From Bacteroidaceae bacterium (lineage in GTDB: Bacteria; Bacillota_I; Bacilli_A; Erysipelotrichales; Erysipelotrichaceae), in contig CAVBLW010000037.1 of NCBI GenBank assembly GCA_963596085.1, forward strand, positions 20,961-84,960: a stretch of DNA of 64,000 nt. The letters run 5' to 3'. Both the position numbers and the translations under genes were made by a program. A model generated the notes under the pieces. It was not told where the DNA came from, made no database searches, and saw nothing but the letters and a program-made list of their open reading frames with translations. Within the stretch, counting starts at the first letter, position 1, and the number at the start of each line of letters is the position of its first letter. Shown here piece by piece: positions 24,976 through 34,969 of the stretch.

Positions 24976-27912
24976 ATGTATCGAATAGGTTTTGATATCG
25001 GAAGTACAACAATTAAAGCAGTTGTCCTAGATGAAGACAATCATATTTGTTATAAGAGTTATGAAAGACATAAGGCGCAAGTGCGTCAAAAAGCATTAGA
25101 TAAGTTGATCGAATTAAGGAAGTATACCAAAGAGCCTTTTACCTTTGCGATTTCAGGCTCAGGCGCATTGGGCCTTTGTGAACAATCGGGACTGCCTTTT
25201 GTACAGGAAGTTTTTGCGAGTGCAATGGCAACCAAAAAATTATATCCAGAAACAGATTGTGCCATTGAATTAGGTGGTGAAGATGCGAAAATACTTTTCT
25301 TTAAAGGAAGCATTGAACAACGTATGAATTCACAATGTGCTGGTGGAACTGGTGCTTTTATTGATCAAATGAGTCAATTGTTAAGCATGAGCCTAGAAGA
25401 AATGAATGAGGCCAGTCTTCATTATAATCGGATTTATCCAATTGCTAGTCGTTGTGGTGTATTCGCTAAAAGTGATATTCAACCATTGATTAATCAAGGC
25501 GTTGCAAAAAGTGATTTATGTGCCAGTATTTTTCAAGCAGTTGTTGGACAAACGGTTACATCTTTAGCACAAGGACATAAAATTGAAGGGAATATTCTCT
25601 TTTTAGGTGGGCCTTTATACTTTTTATCGGGCTTAAGAGCACGCTTTAAAGAGACTTTGAATCTTAGTGATGATCAAATTAATTGTCCAGATACTGCCAT
25701 TCATTATGTTGCTTTAGGAACAGCTCTTTGTGCTGAAAAAACGTATACTGCACAAGAACTTGAAAAAGCTTTAGAAGATCTTGTACATGCACCAATGCAT
25801 TTATCCGAATCGGAACCGCTTTTTAATAATAAGGAAGAGTATGAGGCTTTTGTCCAAAGACATCAAAGCCATGATGCCAAATATCGTGATTTAAAGAGTT
25901 ATCAAGGCAAGGCTTATTTAGGTATTGATAGTGGTTCAACTACAACCAAATTGGTCTTAATTAGTGAGGAAGGTGAAATCCTTTATCATTCTTACTCTTC
26001 AAATAAAGGGAGTCCTTTAGATGTTGTTTTAGAAGATTTAAAGAAAATTTATCAAGAAAATCCAGAAATTAAAATATATGGTGCTTATTCAACTGGCTAT
26101 GGTGAAGAATTAATGCGTCATGCCTTCCATATGGATGGTGGTGTGGTTGAAACTTTGGCACACTATACAGCGGCTAAAAAATTCAATCCGAAGGTTGACT
26201 ATATTCTTGATATTGGTGGACAAGACATTAAATGCTTTAAAATTCGTGATGGCCATATTGATGATATTGTCTTAAATGAAGCTTGTTCGAGTGGGTGTGG
26301 TTCCTTTATTGAAACCTTTGCGAACTCATTAGGTTATGATTCAATTGAATTTGCACGCTTAGGACTCCAATCGAAACATCCAGTCGATTTAGGGACACGA
26401 TGTACGGTCTTTATGAATAGTGGTGTGAAACAAGCGCAAAAAAATGGAGCAACAGTTGAGGATATTTCAGCTGGTCTTTGTCGATCCGTTGTACGAAATG
26501 CGCTATATAAGGTAATTCGCGCACGAAGTAAAGATGAAATCGGACGTCATATTGTTGTGCAAGGAGGAACGTTCCAAAACGATGCGGTCTTACGAAGTTT
26601 CGAACAAGAATTGGGTTATTCGGTTATTCGTCCAAGTATTGCTCATTTAATGGGAGCTTATGGAGCTGCTTTATATGCGCAAAAGCTTCATCGTACGCCA
26701 AGCGCTTTATTAAAAGCGGATGAATTGGATCAATTTACACATCAATCACAAAGTGTTGCTTGCCAAGGTTGTACCAACCATTGTTCATTAACTATCAATA
26801 CTTTTTCTGATGGCTCACGTCTAATTGCTGGAAATAAATGTGAACGCCCATTAAAAATGAATAAGAAAAAAGCAGATTTACCCGATATGTATAGAATAAA
26901 GATGGAAATGTTGGAAGAAGTTCGTCACCAATACCATCAAGAACATAAAATTGGGATGCCATTGGTCTTAAATAATTATGACTTAATGCCATTCTGGTCA
27001 CGCTTTTTTGATTCTTTAGGATATGAAGTTGTATGGTCCTTGCCAAGTACATTAGAAACTTATACTTTAGGTCAACAAACTATTCCGAGTGATACAGCTT
27101 GTTATCCTGCGAAGGTTGTACATGGACATATTCAACAATTAGTAGATATGAATTTAGAGGCTATTTTCTATCCTTGTATGACTTATAATGTGGATGAAAA
27201 ACAATCCGATAATCATTACAATTGTCCAATTGTGGCTTATTATCCACAAGTGATTGAAAGCAATATGGATTTAAAGGATACGAAGTTTATTTCACCTTTC
27301 TTATCGTTTGATCATGAAAAACGCTTTGTGAAGGCAATTCAATTGCATTTTGAAAAAGCAGGCATTTCTTTTGAGTCAAAGGATATTAAAATTGCCTTAC
27401 ATGCAGCTATAAATACCTATAATGAATTTATGTATCAATTACATATCAAACACAATGAAATCATTGATTATGCTAGAGCAAATCAATTACCAATTGCGGT
27501 ATTGTGTGGACGTCCATATCATTTGGATCCTTTAATTAATCACCAAATTCATCAATTATTAACCCAATTGGGTTTTGTGGTTGTTTCAGAAGAATCAGTC
27601 CCTGAACAAAGTCCACATCAGACAAATGTATTGAATCAATGGACTTATCATGCGCGTTTATATCAAGCTGCACATTATGTTTGTGAAAATGAGGATATGC
27701 ATTTAATTCAATTGGTCAGCTTTGGTTGTGGTATTGATGCCGTTACAACCGATGAAGTAAAAGAAATCTTAAAGGAAGCGGACAAATTCTATACCCAAAT
27801 TAAAATTGATGAAGTTGATAATCTTGGTGCAGTACGAATTCGTTTACGTTCTTTAAAAGGCGCCATTGAGGAAAAAGCAGATAAAAAAGATGCTGGCATA
27901 GGAGGAAAGTAG
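24976..27912 (+). CDS. BcrAD/BadFG-type double ATPase fused to a DUF2229-like domain (acyl-CoA dehydratase activase-related protein)
   Basis: Two actin-fold ATPase N-termini (IGFDIGSTTIKAVV; LGIDSGSTTTKLVL), Cys cluster CQGCTNHC...GNKCERP, long C-terminal domain. Confidence 0.75.
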   Translation: MYRIGFDIGSTTIKAVVLDEDNHICYKSYERHKAQVRQKALDKLIELRKYTKEPFTFAISGSGALGLCEQSGLPFVQEVFASAMATKKLYPETDCAIELGGEDAKILFFKGSIEQRMNSQCAGGTGAFIDQMSQLLSMSLEEMNEASLHYNRIYPIASRCGVFAKSDIQPLINQGVAKSDLCASIFQAVVGQTVTSLAQGHKIEGNILFLGGPLYFLSGLRARFKETLNLSDDQINCPDTAIHYVALGTALCAEKTYTAQELEKALEDLVHAPMHLSESEPLFNNKEEYEAFVQRHQSHDAKYRDLKSYQGKAYLGIDSGSTTTKLVLISEEGEILYHSYSSNKGSPLDVVLEDLKKIYQENPEIKIYGAYSTGYGEELMRHAFHMDGGVVETLAHYTAAKKFNPKVDYILDIGGQDIKCFKIRDGHIDDIVLNEACSSGCGSFIETFANSLGYDSIEFARLGLQSKHPVDLGTRCTVFMNSGVKQAQKNGATVEDISAGLCRSVVRNALYKVIRARSKDEIGRHIVVQGGTFQNDAVLRSFEQELGYSVIRPSIAHLMGAYGAALYAQKLHRTPSALLKADELDQFTHQSQSVACQGCTNHCSLTINTFSDGSRLIAGNKCERPLKMNKKKADLPDMYRIKMEMLEEVRHQYHQEHKIGMPLVLNNYDLMPFWSRFFDSLGYEVVWSLPSTLETYTLGQQTIPSDTACYPAKVVHGHIQQLVDMNLEAIFYPCMTYNVDEKQSDNHYNCPIVAYYPQVIESNMDLKDTKFISPFLSFDHEKRFVKAIQLHFEKAGISFESKDIKIALHAAINTYNEFMYQLHIKHNEIIDYARANQLPIAVLCGRPYHLDPLINHQIHQLLTQLGFVVVSEESVPEQSPHQTNVLNQWTYHARLYQAAHYVCENEDMHLIQLVSFGCGIDAVTTDEVKEILKEADKFYTQIKIDEVDNLGAVRIRLRSLKGAIEEKADKKDAGIGGK

Positions 27913-27913
27913 G

Positions 27914-29149
27914 ATGCATACGAATTTTACTTCAGATATGAAAAAGGATCATTTGATTCTTGTTCCAAGTATGTTGCCCATCCATTTTAAATTTCTTGTT
28001 CCTGTTTTTGAAATGAATGGTTACCATCTTGAAGTTTTAGAAACCGATAATGATAATATTCGTCAAGAAGGATTAGCGCATGTCCATAATGATATGTGCT
28101 ATCCAGCTTTATTAGTTATTGGTCAATTTTTTGATGCGATGAAAAGTGGCAAATATGACTTAAACAAAATTGCTCTAGCCATTACACAAACGGGTGGTGG
28201 ATGTCGTGCAAGTAATTATCTTTCTTTATTGCGTAAAGCTTTAGAAAAGGAAGGTTTAGATTATATTCCAGTAATTAGTGCTAATATGTCTGGTCTTGAA
28301 AAAGACAGTGGGATTGAATTTACACTTCCTTTGATTTTACGAATCATTTATGCAGCTTTATATGGTGATGCTTTGATGTGGTTAAGAAATCAAGTCAAAC
28401 CCTATGAAATCAATGAAGGAGATACAGATCGTGTTATTGATGAAATTGTCAATGAACTCTTAGGAAGTTTTGAAAATGGACAGTATCGTAAATCAAAAAA
28501 GATTTATCATATTATGCTTGAAAAGCTAAAAGCAGTTCCACGTACACAAGAAAAGAAAATCAAAGTTGGTATTGTTGGCGAAATTTATATGAAATATTCG
28601 CCATTAGGCAATGGACATTTAGAGGATTATTTGATTCAAGAAGGCTTTGAACCGGTTTTAAGCGGGGTTATGGATTTTGCCTTGTATTCCATTGAAAATG
28701 GTTTGATTGATTATCGTTATTATCATATGCATGCCAAAAGTCATCACCTTTATCAATTAGCCAAAGATGTTGTGATGCGTATGCAAAAAACCTTCCGTGA
28801 TGCCGTTATTGCCGACGGAACCTTTACGGCACCCGATGATTTTTCAGAAGTGATTCGTGATGGGAAAGCATTTATTGATCCAGGCGTGAAAATGGGTGAA
28901 GGATGGCTATTGACCAGTGAAGTTGTTTCTTTAGTAAAATCTGGTGTTAACAATGTTATTATGTGTCAGCCTTTCGGTTGTCTACCAAACCATATTGTAG
29001 CCAAAGGAATGACTAAAAAAATTAAAGAGGAATTCCCTCAAGCCAATATAGCACCAATAGATTATGATCCAAGTGCTTCAAAAGTAAACCAAGAAAATCG
29101 TATTCGCTTAATGATGGCAAATGCACGCTTAAACGCACAGGAGATTTAA
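27914..29149 (+). CDS. 2-hydroxyacyl-CoA dehydratase-related / DUF2229-like protein
   Basis: Starts 2 nt after the upstream gene. Motifs QTGGGCRASNY and MCQPFGCLPNH are typical of this family. Confidence 0.6.
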   Translation: MHTNFTSDMKKDHLILVPSMLPIHFKFLVPVFEMNGYHLEVLETDNDNIRQEGLAHVHNDMCYPALLVIGQFFDAMKSGKYDLNKIALAITQTGGGCRASNYLSLLRKALEKEGLDYIPVISANMSGLEKDSGIEFTLPLILRIIYAALYGDALMWLRNQVKPYEINEGDTDRVIDEIVNELLGSFENGQYRKSKKIYHIMLEKLKAVPRTQEKKIKVGIVGEIYMKYSPLGNGHLEDYLIQEGFEPVLSGVMDFALYSIENGLIDYRYYHMHAKSHHLYQLAKDVVMRMQKTFRDAVIADGTFTAPDDFSEVIRDGKAFIDPGVKMGEGWLLTSEVVSLVKSGVNNVIMCQPFGCLPNHIVAKGMTKKIKEEFPQANIAPIDYDPSASKVNQENRIRLMMANARLNAQEI

Positions 29150-29150
29150 A

Positions 29151-30026
29151 ATGTTTGAATCTCTTGTGTATGCTTATTTTTACTTAGTTTTTTATTCCTT
29201 TCTTGGTTGGATTTGTGAAAGTACTTACGTAAGTGTGCCTAGAAAACAATTTGTAAACCGAGGATTCTTCTATGGGCCTTATATTCCAATCTATGGATTT
29301 GGTTCTTTGATTGCTTTATATCCTTTAATGCCTTTTAAAAACAATCCCATTCTTATTTTCTTTTTTGGGGCTTTTTTATGTTCGGTATTGGAATATATAA
29401 CCAGCTGGGCCATGGAAAAACTCTTCCATATGCGATGGTGGGATTATAGTCGTTATAAATACAATATTAATGGACGTGTATGCTTATTGAATTCTACTTT
29501 ATTTGGTTTACTTCTATTGGTTTTGGTTTATATCATTCATCCGAGTGTTTCACACTTCATTGAAAGAATGACATTTTCAACTTTAGTTCTTTTTTTAGCC
29601 GTCTTTTCTTGTTTCTTTTTAATTGATTTCATCTTTACATTGATTTCATTAATTCGACGAAAACAAATTATTGATCGTATGCGTATGGATATTGAAGAGT
29701 TCCAAGCACAATTTGAACAAGCCCTTCAAGAGCGTCTTAATGGATTGGAAGAAAGAATGCAGGAATTGGATGAGAAACGAGAATATCTTCAAATTCAAAA
29801 AGACAAAAAACGTAAAGAATTTGAAACTTGGCTTAATTCACAAGAAAGTTTACAAGAACGATTGGAAGGTTTCCATCAAAATATGGAACGAATCAAAACT
29901 TATCGAAGCAGTCATATTTCACGAGCTTTCCCAGAACGTCATGTGAGTGAAAGCTTTAAAGAATTAAAACAAATTGCCGATGAAATTCATGAAAAGGAGA
30001 AAAAACATGTTTCCAAAGATGCGTAG
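29151..30026 (+). CDS. CmpB-like putative ABC-transporter type IV membrane protein with C-terminal coiled-coil extension
   Basis: N-terminus YSFLGWICESTYV...FVNRGFFYGPYIPIYGFGS matches the PF06541-type family as I recall it. The last about 110 aa are E/Q/K/R-rich heptad-like sequence. Confidence 0.55.
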   Translation: MFESLVYAYFYLVFYSFLGWICESTYVSVPRKQFVNRGFFYGPYIPIYGFGSLIALYPLMPFKNNPILIFFFGAFLCSVLEYITSWAMEKLFHMRWWDYSRYKYNINGRVCLLNSTLFGLLLLVLVYIIHPSVSHFIERMTFSTLVLFLAVFSCFFLIDFIFTLISLIRRKQIIDRMRMDIEEFQAQFEQALQERLNGLEERMQELDEKREYLQIQKDKKRKEFETWLNSQESLQERLEGFHQNMERIKTYRSSHISRAFPERHVSESFKELKQIADEIHEKEKKHVSKDA

Positions 30027-30477
30027 ATTTAAACAAGAAATTTCAAAAGAAAAATGTATTGAAATTTTAAAGAAAGAGCCAAGAGGTGTATTGGCAATGT
30101 CAGAAATTGATGGCTATCCATATGCGTTGCCAATGGATCACTATTATGAAGATGGAAAACTTTATTTCCATGGTGCGAAGGTTGGTACAAAAATTGATTG
30201 TTTGCAAAAACAAAACAAAGTATCTTATTGTGTGATGGATTCAGGTGTACAAAAAGAAAATCATTGGTCTTTGATGATTCAAAGCGTAGTTGTATTTGGT
30301 AAAGTTTCCTTCATTAATGATGAACAAGAGGCTGAAAAGATTGTTCGAAGATTAGCTGCTAAATACAATTCCAATCAAAAGGAGATTGATGAAGAGGTTT
30401 TACGAGCTAAAGAGCGCTTACAGGTTTTCGCTTTAGAGATTGATTCAATGACGGGAAAATTGGTCAATGAAGCATAA
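30007..30477 (+). CDS. pyridoxamine 5'-phosphate oxidase family protein (NimA-like flavin-binding fold)
   Basis: MRRFKQEISKEKCIEILKK...GVLAM...GYPYALPMDHYYEDGKLYFHGAKVGTK pattern typical of Nim/PNPOx split-barrel proteins. Start moved to ATG 30007. Confidence 0.7.
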   Translation: MFPKMRRFKQEISKEKCIEILKKEPRGVLAMSEIDGYPYALPMDHYYEDGKLYFHGAKVGTKIDCLQKQNKVSYCVMDSGVQKENHWSLMIQSVVVFGKVSFINDEQEAEKIVRRLAAKYNSNQKEIDEEVLRAKERLQVFALEIDSMTGKLVNEA

Positions 30478-30514
30478 GAAAACTCTTTACTTTTATTTAT
30501 GAAAATGATACTAT

Positions 30515-30548
30515 CAGAGAGCAAGTTTGCGCTTGCTCTCTGTTTCTT
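30515..30548 (+). terminator. strong hairpin between the upstream operon and rpsF (terminator and/or rpsF leader element)
   Basis: CAGAGAGCAAG-tttgcg-CTTGCTCTCTG (11 bp) followed by TTTCTT. A candidate promoter TTTACT-N17-TGaTACTAT (30486-30514) abuts it, so its role is ambiguous. Confidence 0.45.
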
Positions 30549-30585
30549 AGACAAAAGAAACCAATGACCAAAGGGAGGTGTACAC

Positions 30586-30885
30586 ATGAAAAAATATGAA
30601 ATCATGTACATTGTCAACGCATCTTTAGACGAAGAACAATTCCAAAAAGTTACAGATCGTCTAAACAACACAATCATTGAAAATGGTGGATCAATCGATT
30701 CATTTGATGATTGGGGTGTAAAAGATTTTGCGTATGAAATCAATCACATGAAAAAAGGACATTATGCTGTAATTAATGCAACTGCAAACAACGAAGGTAT
30801 TGCCGAATATCAACGTTTAGCTCGTATCAGCAATAATGTAATTCGTATTATGGTTGTAAAAACCGAAGACGAAAAAAGAGGTTAA
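30586..30885 (+). CDS. rpsF: 30S ribosomal protein S6
   Basis: MKKYEIMYIV... typical S6 sequence. rpsF-ssb-rpsR synteny. GGGAGG RBS. Confidence 0.97.
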   Translation: MKKYEIMYIVNASLDEEQFQKVTDRLNNTIIENGGSIDSFDDWGVKDFAYEINHMKKGHYAVINATANNEGIAEYQRLARISNNVIRIMVVKTEDEKRG

Positions 30886-30888
30886 TAT

Positions 30889-31407
30889 ATGATTAATCGA
30901 GTTATATTGACAGGTCGTTTAACTAGAGATATTGAATTACGTCGTACACAAAGTGGAAGATCCGTTGCATCTTTTTCTTTAGCTGTAGATCGTGCGTTTA
31001 AACGTGAAGGACAAGCAGAAGCAGATTTTATTAACTGTGTTGCTTGGGGTAGAAATGCAGAAATTATGGCTCAATATTTACATAAAGGGTCATTAATTGG
31101 TGTTGATGGACGTATTCAAACACGTTCTTATGATAATCAACAAGGACAGCGTGTTTATGTTACTGAAGTTGTTTGCGAAAATTTCACTTTTTTAGAATCT
31201 AAATCACAATCGCAATCGTATCAAGCAAACACAAATAACTTTGCGCAAAATAATTCATTTAATCAAGCGCCACAAGGTTATTCACAACAGCCAGCATATA
31301 CACAAACAGGAATCAATGAGCCTGTAAATAATTCGTTTGAATCTTCGTTTAATGAAAATGATGATACACTGGACATGAGTATTGTCAGTGATGATTTACC
31401 ATTCTAG
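30889..31407 (+). CDS. ssb: single-stranded DNA-binding protein
   Basis: OB-fold N-terminus [20 protein letters not shown]-rich linker, acidic tail DDLPF. Confidence 0.97.
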   Translation: MINRVILTGRLTRDIELRRTQSGRSVASFSLAVDRAFKREGQAEADFINCVAWGRNAEIMAQYLHKGSLIGVDGRIQTRSYDNQQGQRVYVTEVVCENFTFLESKSQSQSYQANTNNFAQNNSFNQAPQGYSQQPAYTQTGINEPVNNSFESSFNENDDTLDMSIVSDDLPF

Positions 31408-31421
31408 AAAGGAAAAGAACG

Positions 31422-31652
31422 ATGGCATTTAGAAAACAACGTATGGGCCGTAAAAAGGTTTGTTACTTTACGAAAAATAAAATCAAATACATCGATTATA
31501 AAGATGTTGAATTATTAAAACGCTTTATTAATGCAAATGGAAAAATTATTCCTAGACGTGTAACTGGTACACGTGCAAAATACCAAAGAATGCTTGCGAA
31601 AGCAATCAAGCGTGCTCGTCAAATGGCTTTATTGCCTTATGTCGTAGACTAA
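31422..31652 (+). CDS. rpsR: 30S ribosomal protein S18
   Basis: [27 protein letters not shown]...[11 protein letters not shown] typical S18. Confidence 0.97.
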   Translation: MAFRKQRMGRKKVCYFTKNKIKYIDYKDVELLKRFINANGKIIPRRVTGTRAKYQRMLAKAIKRARQMALLPYVVD

Positions 31653-31653
31653 G

Positions 31654-31682
31654 AAGATGCTTTTAAGAGCATCTTTTTTTTT
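31654..31682 (+). terminator. intrinsic terminator after rpsR
   Basis: AAGATGCT-tttaag-AGCATCTT followed by a T-run. Confidence 0.8.
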
Positions 31683-31709
31683 ACTTGAATTTTGTTTATA
31701 ATAGATGCT

Positions 31710-32570
31710 ATGAAAACAAAAGAACTTACAAGAGGTGCAATGGTTTGTGCGATTTACGGCTTTCTTTTATTCTTGAATCAACAGACTGCACTTAGTATTG
31801 AAACAACGATGAATTGGATTTTTGCGTTTCCTGCTTTAATTTATACAAGTATCTATGGTTTAAATATGGGTGGAATCGTTTCAGTTGCAATGGCTTTGAT
31901 GACCTTTTTATTTGGTGGTTTTACCACTTGGTTTTATAGTTGGACGGCGATTTTAATTGGTTATATTTATGGAATTGGCGTAAAAAAGCGATTTAAACAT
32001 ACGACCAATTTTACGATTTGTGCGATTTTATCCATTCTTTGTTCGGCTTTGATTATTTATTTATGGGCAGGTATCTTTGGTTATAATCTTGCTTCCGAAT
32101 TTTCAAGCATTTTAGCTTTTGTGCCAGGAATTCATTTGCGTGTACTTATTTTTATCTTTGTGCTTTTATTAGGTGTTTTACAAGCTTTTTGTATCCATAT
32201 GATTGCCTTAATGGTTAACATTCGTATGCATATTGAAATGCGTCCTTTAGGCAATGTTTCTGATTTTCCTTCCCCTCGTTGGGTTGGATGGCTTTCACTT
32301 GTGCTTTTACCGGTCTGTTTTATAGCACAAACTGCATTAAATTCGGACTGGAAGGACTTATTTCAAGTAGTCGCAATGATTGATTTAATGGTCTTAGATT
32401 TTTTTGGGGCCCTTTACTTCGTGAAAAGAAGTATTGATCGTCAACAAAGAAAAGGAACTTTTTTTGCTATTATGGGTAGCTTTATTCCTTTTGTTCAATT
32501 GATCTGGGTGCTCGCAGGTCTAGCGGATTGTTTATTCCAATTACGAAAAAAAGGTCGTGTAGATTTATGA
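31710..32570 (+). CDS. YybS-like (DUF2232) membrane protein
   Basis: Polytopic membrane protein in the position held by yybS upstream of gdpP-rplI-dnaB in Bacillus-type synteny. 4-nt ATGA overlap with gdpP. Confidence 0.6.
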   Translation: MKTKELTRGAMVCAIYGFLLFLNQQTALSIETTMNWIFAFPALIYTSIYGLNMGGIVSVAMALMTFLFGGFTTWFYSWTAILIGYIYGIGVKKRFKHTTNFTICAILSILCSALIIYLWAGIFGYNLASEFSSILAFVPGIHLRVLIFIFVLLLGVLQAFCIHMIALMVNIRMHIEMRPLGNVSDFPSPRWVGWLSLVLLPVCFIAQTALNSDWKDLFQVVAMIDLMVLDFFGALYFVKRSIDRQQRKGTFFAIMGSFIPFVQLIWVLAGLADCLFQLRKKGRVDL

Positions 32571-34537
32571 AAGATTATCAAAAATGGGAATTGCTCTGTT
32601 TTTTAGCGGTTCTTTTAATTATTCCGTTAATTGTATATATGTATCTCGCTCAAGAGGATATCAAATTAATTCTCGTTATTACCTTTGTGAGCATTCTTTT
32701 TATTCTTTCTTTTTTAGGCTTTTGGTTTTCAACAAAGAAGCGAGGCTATAAAACCGAAGTTGATGTTTCGCGCTTTTTAGGAAAAGATGCGAAAGGTGCT
32801 TTGAGTTTTGGGAATATCGGCTTGTTGACATATGATGATGAATACGTTGTTACATGGACTTCGGATTTCTTTAAAGAAAGAAATATCGATATCATTAATC
32901 AGAAGTTGACTGCTTGGATTCGAGATATTCGTAATCTATTTGAAGATGAAGTTGACTATGTGATTGGTGAACAAAATGGTTCTTATTATGAAATTAGTCG
33001 TCGTTCAAATTCCAATGTTTTATATGTTAGAGATGTGACATCCTATCAAATTTTATCACAGCAATACTTAGAAAATGCACTTGTGGTCGGTTTATTACAA
33101 TTGGATAATTATATTGAATATGCTTCTTACGAAAATGAAGAAATCATGGCGCAAATCAATATGAAGCTTAGAGCTCCATTAATCAAATGGGCAAGGGAAC
33201 ATGATATGATGGTTCGCCGTTTACGAACCGATCGGATTTTAGTTTTAAGCAATAAGAAAACCTTTGATCAAATCAGAAAAGAAAATTTTCCAATTCTTCA
33301 ACTTATTAAGGATGAAGCGAACCGAATGGATATTTCGATTACTTTAAGTATGGCATTTGCTTATGGTACCAATGATTTTGGTGAATTGGATGATATGGTT
33401 AATCAATTAATTGAATTGGCTCAATCCCGTGGTGGGGATCAAGTTGCTTTTCGAAGTGCGACTGGTCAAGTTCATTATATGGGTGGAAATAGTGAAGGCG
33501 GTTCAACTCGTTCAAAGGTTCGGGTACATACAATGGCCCAATCCATTCAAAGTGAAATGAAGGAAAGTGACAAAATCTTTATTGTCGGTCATATCAATAC
33601 GGATTTTGATTGTATGGGGGCTGCCTTAGGTATTTCAAGTTGGGCTAAGGCTATAGGAAAGACTGCCTATATTGTTTTAAGAGAAGTACCTCGGGATCGA
33701 CAATTAGAAGAGTTAATGGTGCATTATAAACAACAAGTTTTAGATCGTCATAAACTTGTGACACCAGAAGAAGCAAGTGAAATGATGGATTTTGATGAAG
33801 ATTTACTCATTATGGTTGATCATGGCCTTCCAAGGATTTCAAGCGCGAAGTCTTTCTTAGATAAGTGTAAGAACATTGTCGTTATTGATCATCATCGTCG
33901 TGGCGATGATTTTGTTCAAGATGCGATGTTAACCTATGTTGAAAGTACCGCAAGTTCAGCTTGTGAATTGATTGTGGAATTGATCGGCAATATTCCGAAT
34001 CATGTACCCATTTATGAAACGGAAGCAACTATTATGTATCTTGGCATTTTAGTGGATACCAATCGATTTAAAATGCATTCGGATGCGCGTACTTTTGAAG
34101 CAGCTGCTACTTTACGCTCATGGGGAGCCAATGCAACTTTAGCTGAAAAAGCCCTTTGTGTGGATTATCAGGATTTTGAAACGGAATTAACGCTTACGAA
34201 ACATGCGCAATGGTTCTTAAATAAATATTTAATTGTTTGTATTGATAGTGCTTATTATGAAAAAACGACCCTAGCTAAAGTGGCGCAAACCCTTTTATTG
34301 ATTAAGGGATGTGAAGCTAGCTTTGTGATTGCTAAGGTGGATAAAAAAGACAAACCAACGGCGATGAGTGCTCGTAGTGATGGGCAAAAAAATGTCCAAA
34401 AGATTGTTGAACGATTAAAAGGTGGTGGCCACTTTACAGCCGCTGCTTTAGAACGAAATGACATTGAGCCAAATGAATTAAAAAATGAATTAATAAAAAT
34501 ATTAGAGGAGGAAGAACATGAAAGTAATCTTGCTTAA
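32567..34537 (+). CDS. gdpP: c-di-AMP phosphodiesterase GdpP (2 TM, PAS-like, degenerate GGDEF, DHH/DHHA1)
   Basis: DHH motifs ([20 protein letters not shown]) and DHHA1 GGGH ([11 protein letters not shown]). Two N-terminal TM helices. Synteny supports the call. Confidence 0.9.
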   Translation: MKDYQKWELLCFLAVLLIIPLIVYMYLAQEDIKLILVITFVSILFILSFLGFWFSTKKRGYKTEVDVSRFLGKDAKGALSFGNIGLLTYDDEYVVTWTSDFFKERNIDIINQKLTAWIRDIRNLFEDEVDYVIGEQNGSYYEISRRSNSNVLYVRDVTSYQILSQQYLENALVVGLLQLDNYIEYASYENEEIMAQINMKLRAPLIKWAREHDMMVRRLRTDRILVLSNKKTFDQIRKENFPILQLIKDEANRMDISITLSMAFAYGTNDFGELDDMVNQLIELAQSRGGDQVAFRSATGQVHYMGGNSEGGSTRSKVRVHTMAQSIQSEMKESDKIFIVGHINTDFDCMGAALGISSWAKAIGKTAYIVLREVPRDRQLEELMVHYKQQVLDRHKLVTPEEASEMMDFDEDLLIMVDHGLPRISSAKSFLDKCKNIVVIDHHRRGDDFVQDAMLTYVESTASSACELIVELIGNIPNHVPIYETEATIMYLGILVDTNRFKMHSDARTFEAAATLRSWGANATLAEKALCVDYQDFETELTLTKHAQWFLNKYLIVCIDSAYYEKTTLAKVAQTLLLIKGCEASFVIAKVDKKDKPTAMSARSDGQKNVQKIVERLKGGGHFTAAALERNDIEPNELKNELIKILEEEEHESNLA

Positions 34538-34967
34538 AGACGTTAGAAAATTAGGAAAGAAAGATGAAGTAAAAGAGGTTAGTGACGGATATGCACGAAA
34601 CTATTTAATTAAAAATGGTTTAGCTGTTCAATATACTGCAGGCTCTTCGAAAGTTTTAGAAAAACAACAAGAAGCGCGTGCAGAGCATGAAAGTGAATTA
34701 AAAAAAGAAGCGGAAAAAATTAAAGAAACCCTTCAAAATACACCGGTTGAATTTTCACTATCCGCTGGAAAAGAAGGTCATGTTTTTGGTTCCGTTTCAA
34801 CGAAAAACATTGTAGCGGCTTTACAAAAAAAGGGAATCCAAGTAGATAAACGCAAAATATTATTGGAATCTCCAATTTCGTCTCTAGGAACAACAAGAGT
34901 AAAGGTTGATTTATATCGTAATCAAGTGATTGGCGAAATCATTGTGAAAGTTCGCCAGAAAGGGTAA
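34518..34967 (+). CDS. rplI: 50S ribosomal protein L9
   Basis: [37 protein letters not shown] typical L9. Confidence 0.97.
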   Translation: MKVILLKDVRKLGKKDEVKEVSDGYARNYLIKNGLAVQYTAGSSKVLEKQQEARAEHESELKKEAEKIKETLQNTPVEFSLSAGKEGHVFGSVSTKNIVAALQKKGIQVDKRKILLESPISSLGTTRVKVDLYRNQVIGEIIVKVRQKG

Positions 34968-34969
34968 TA

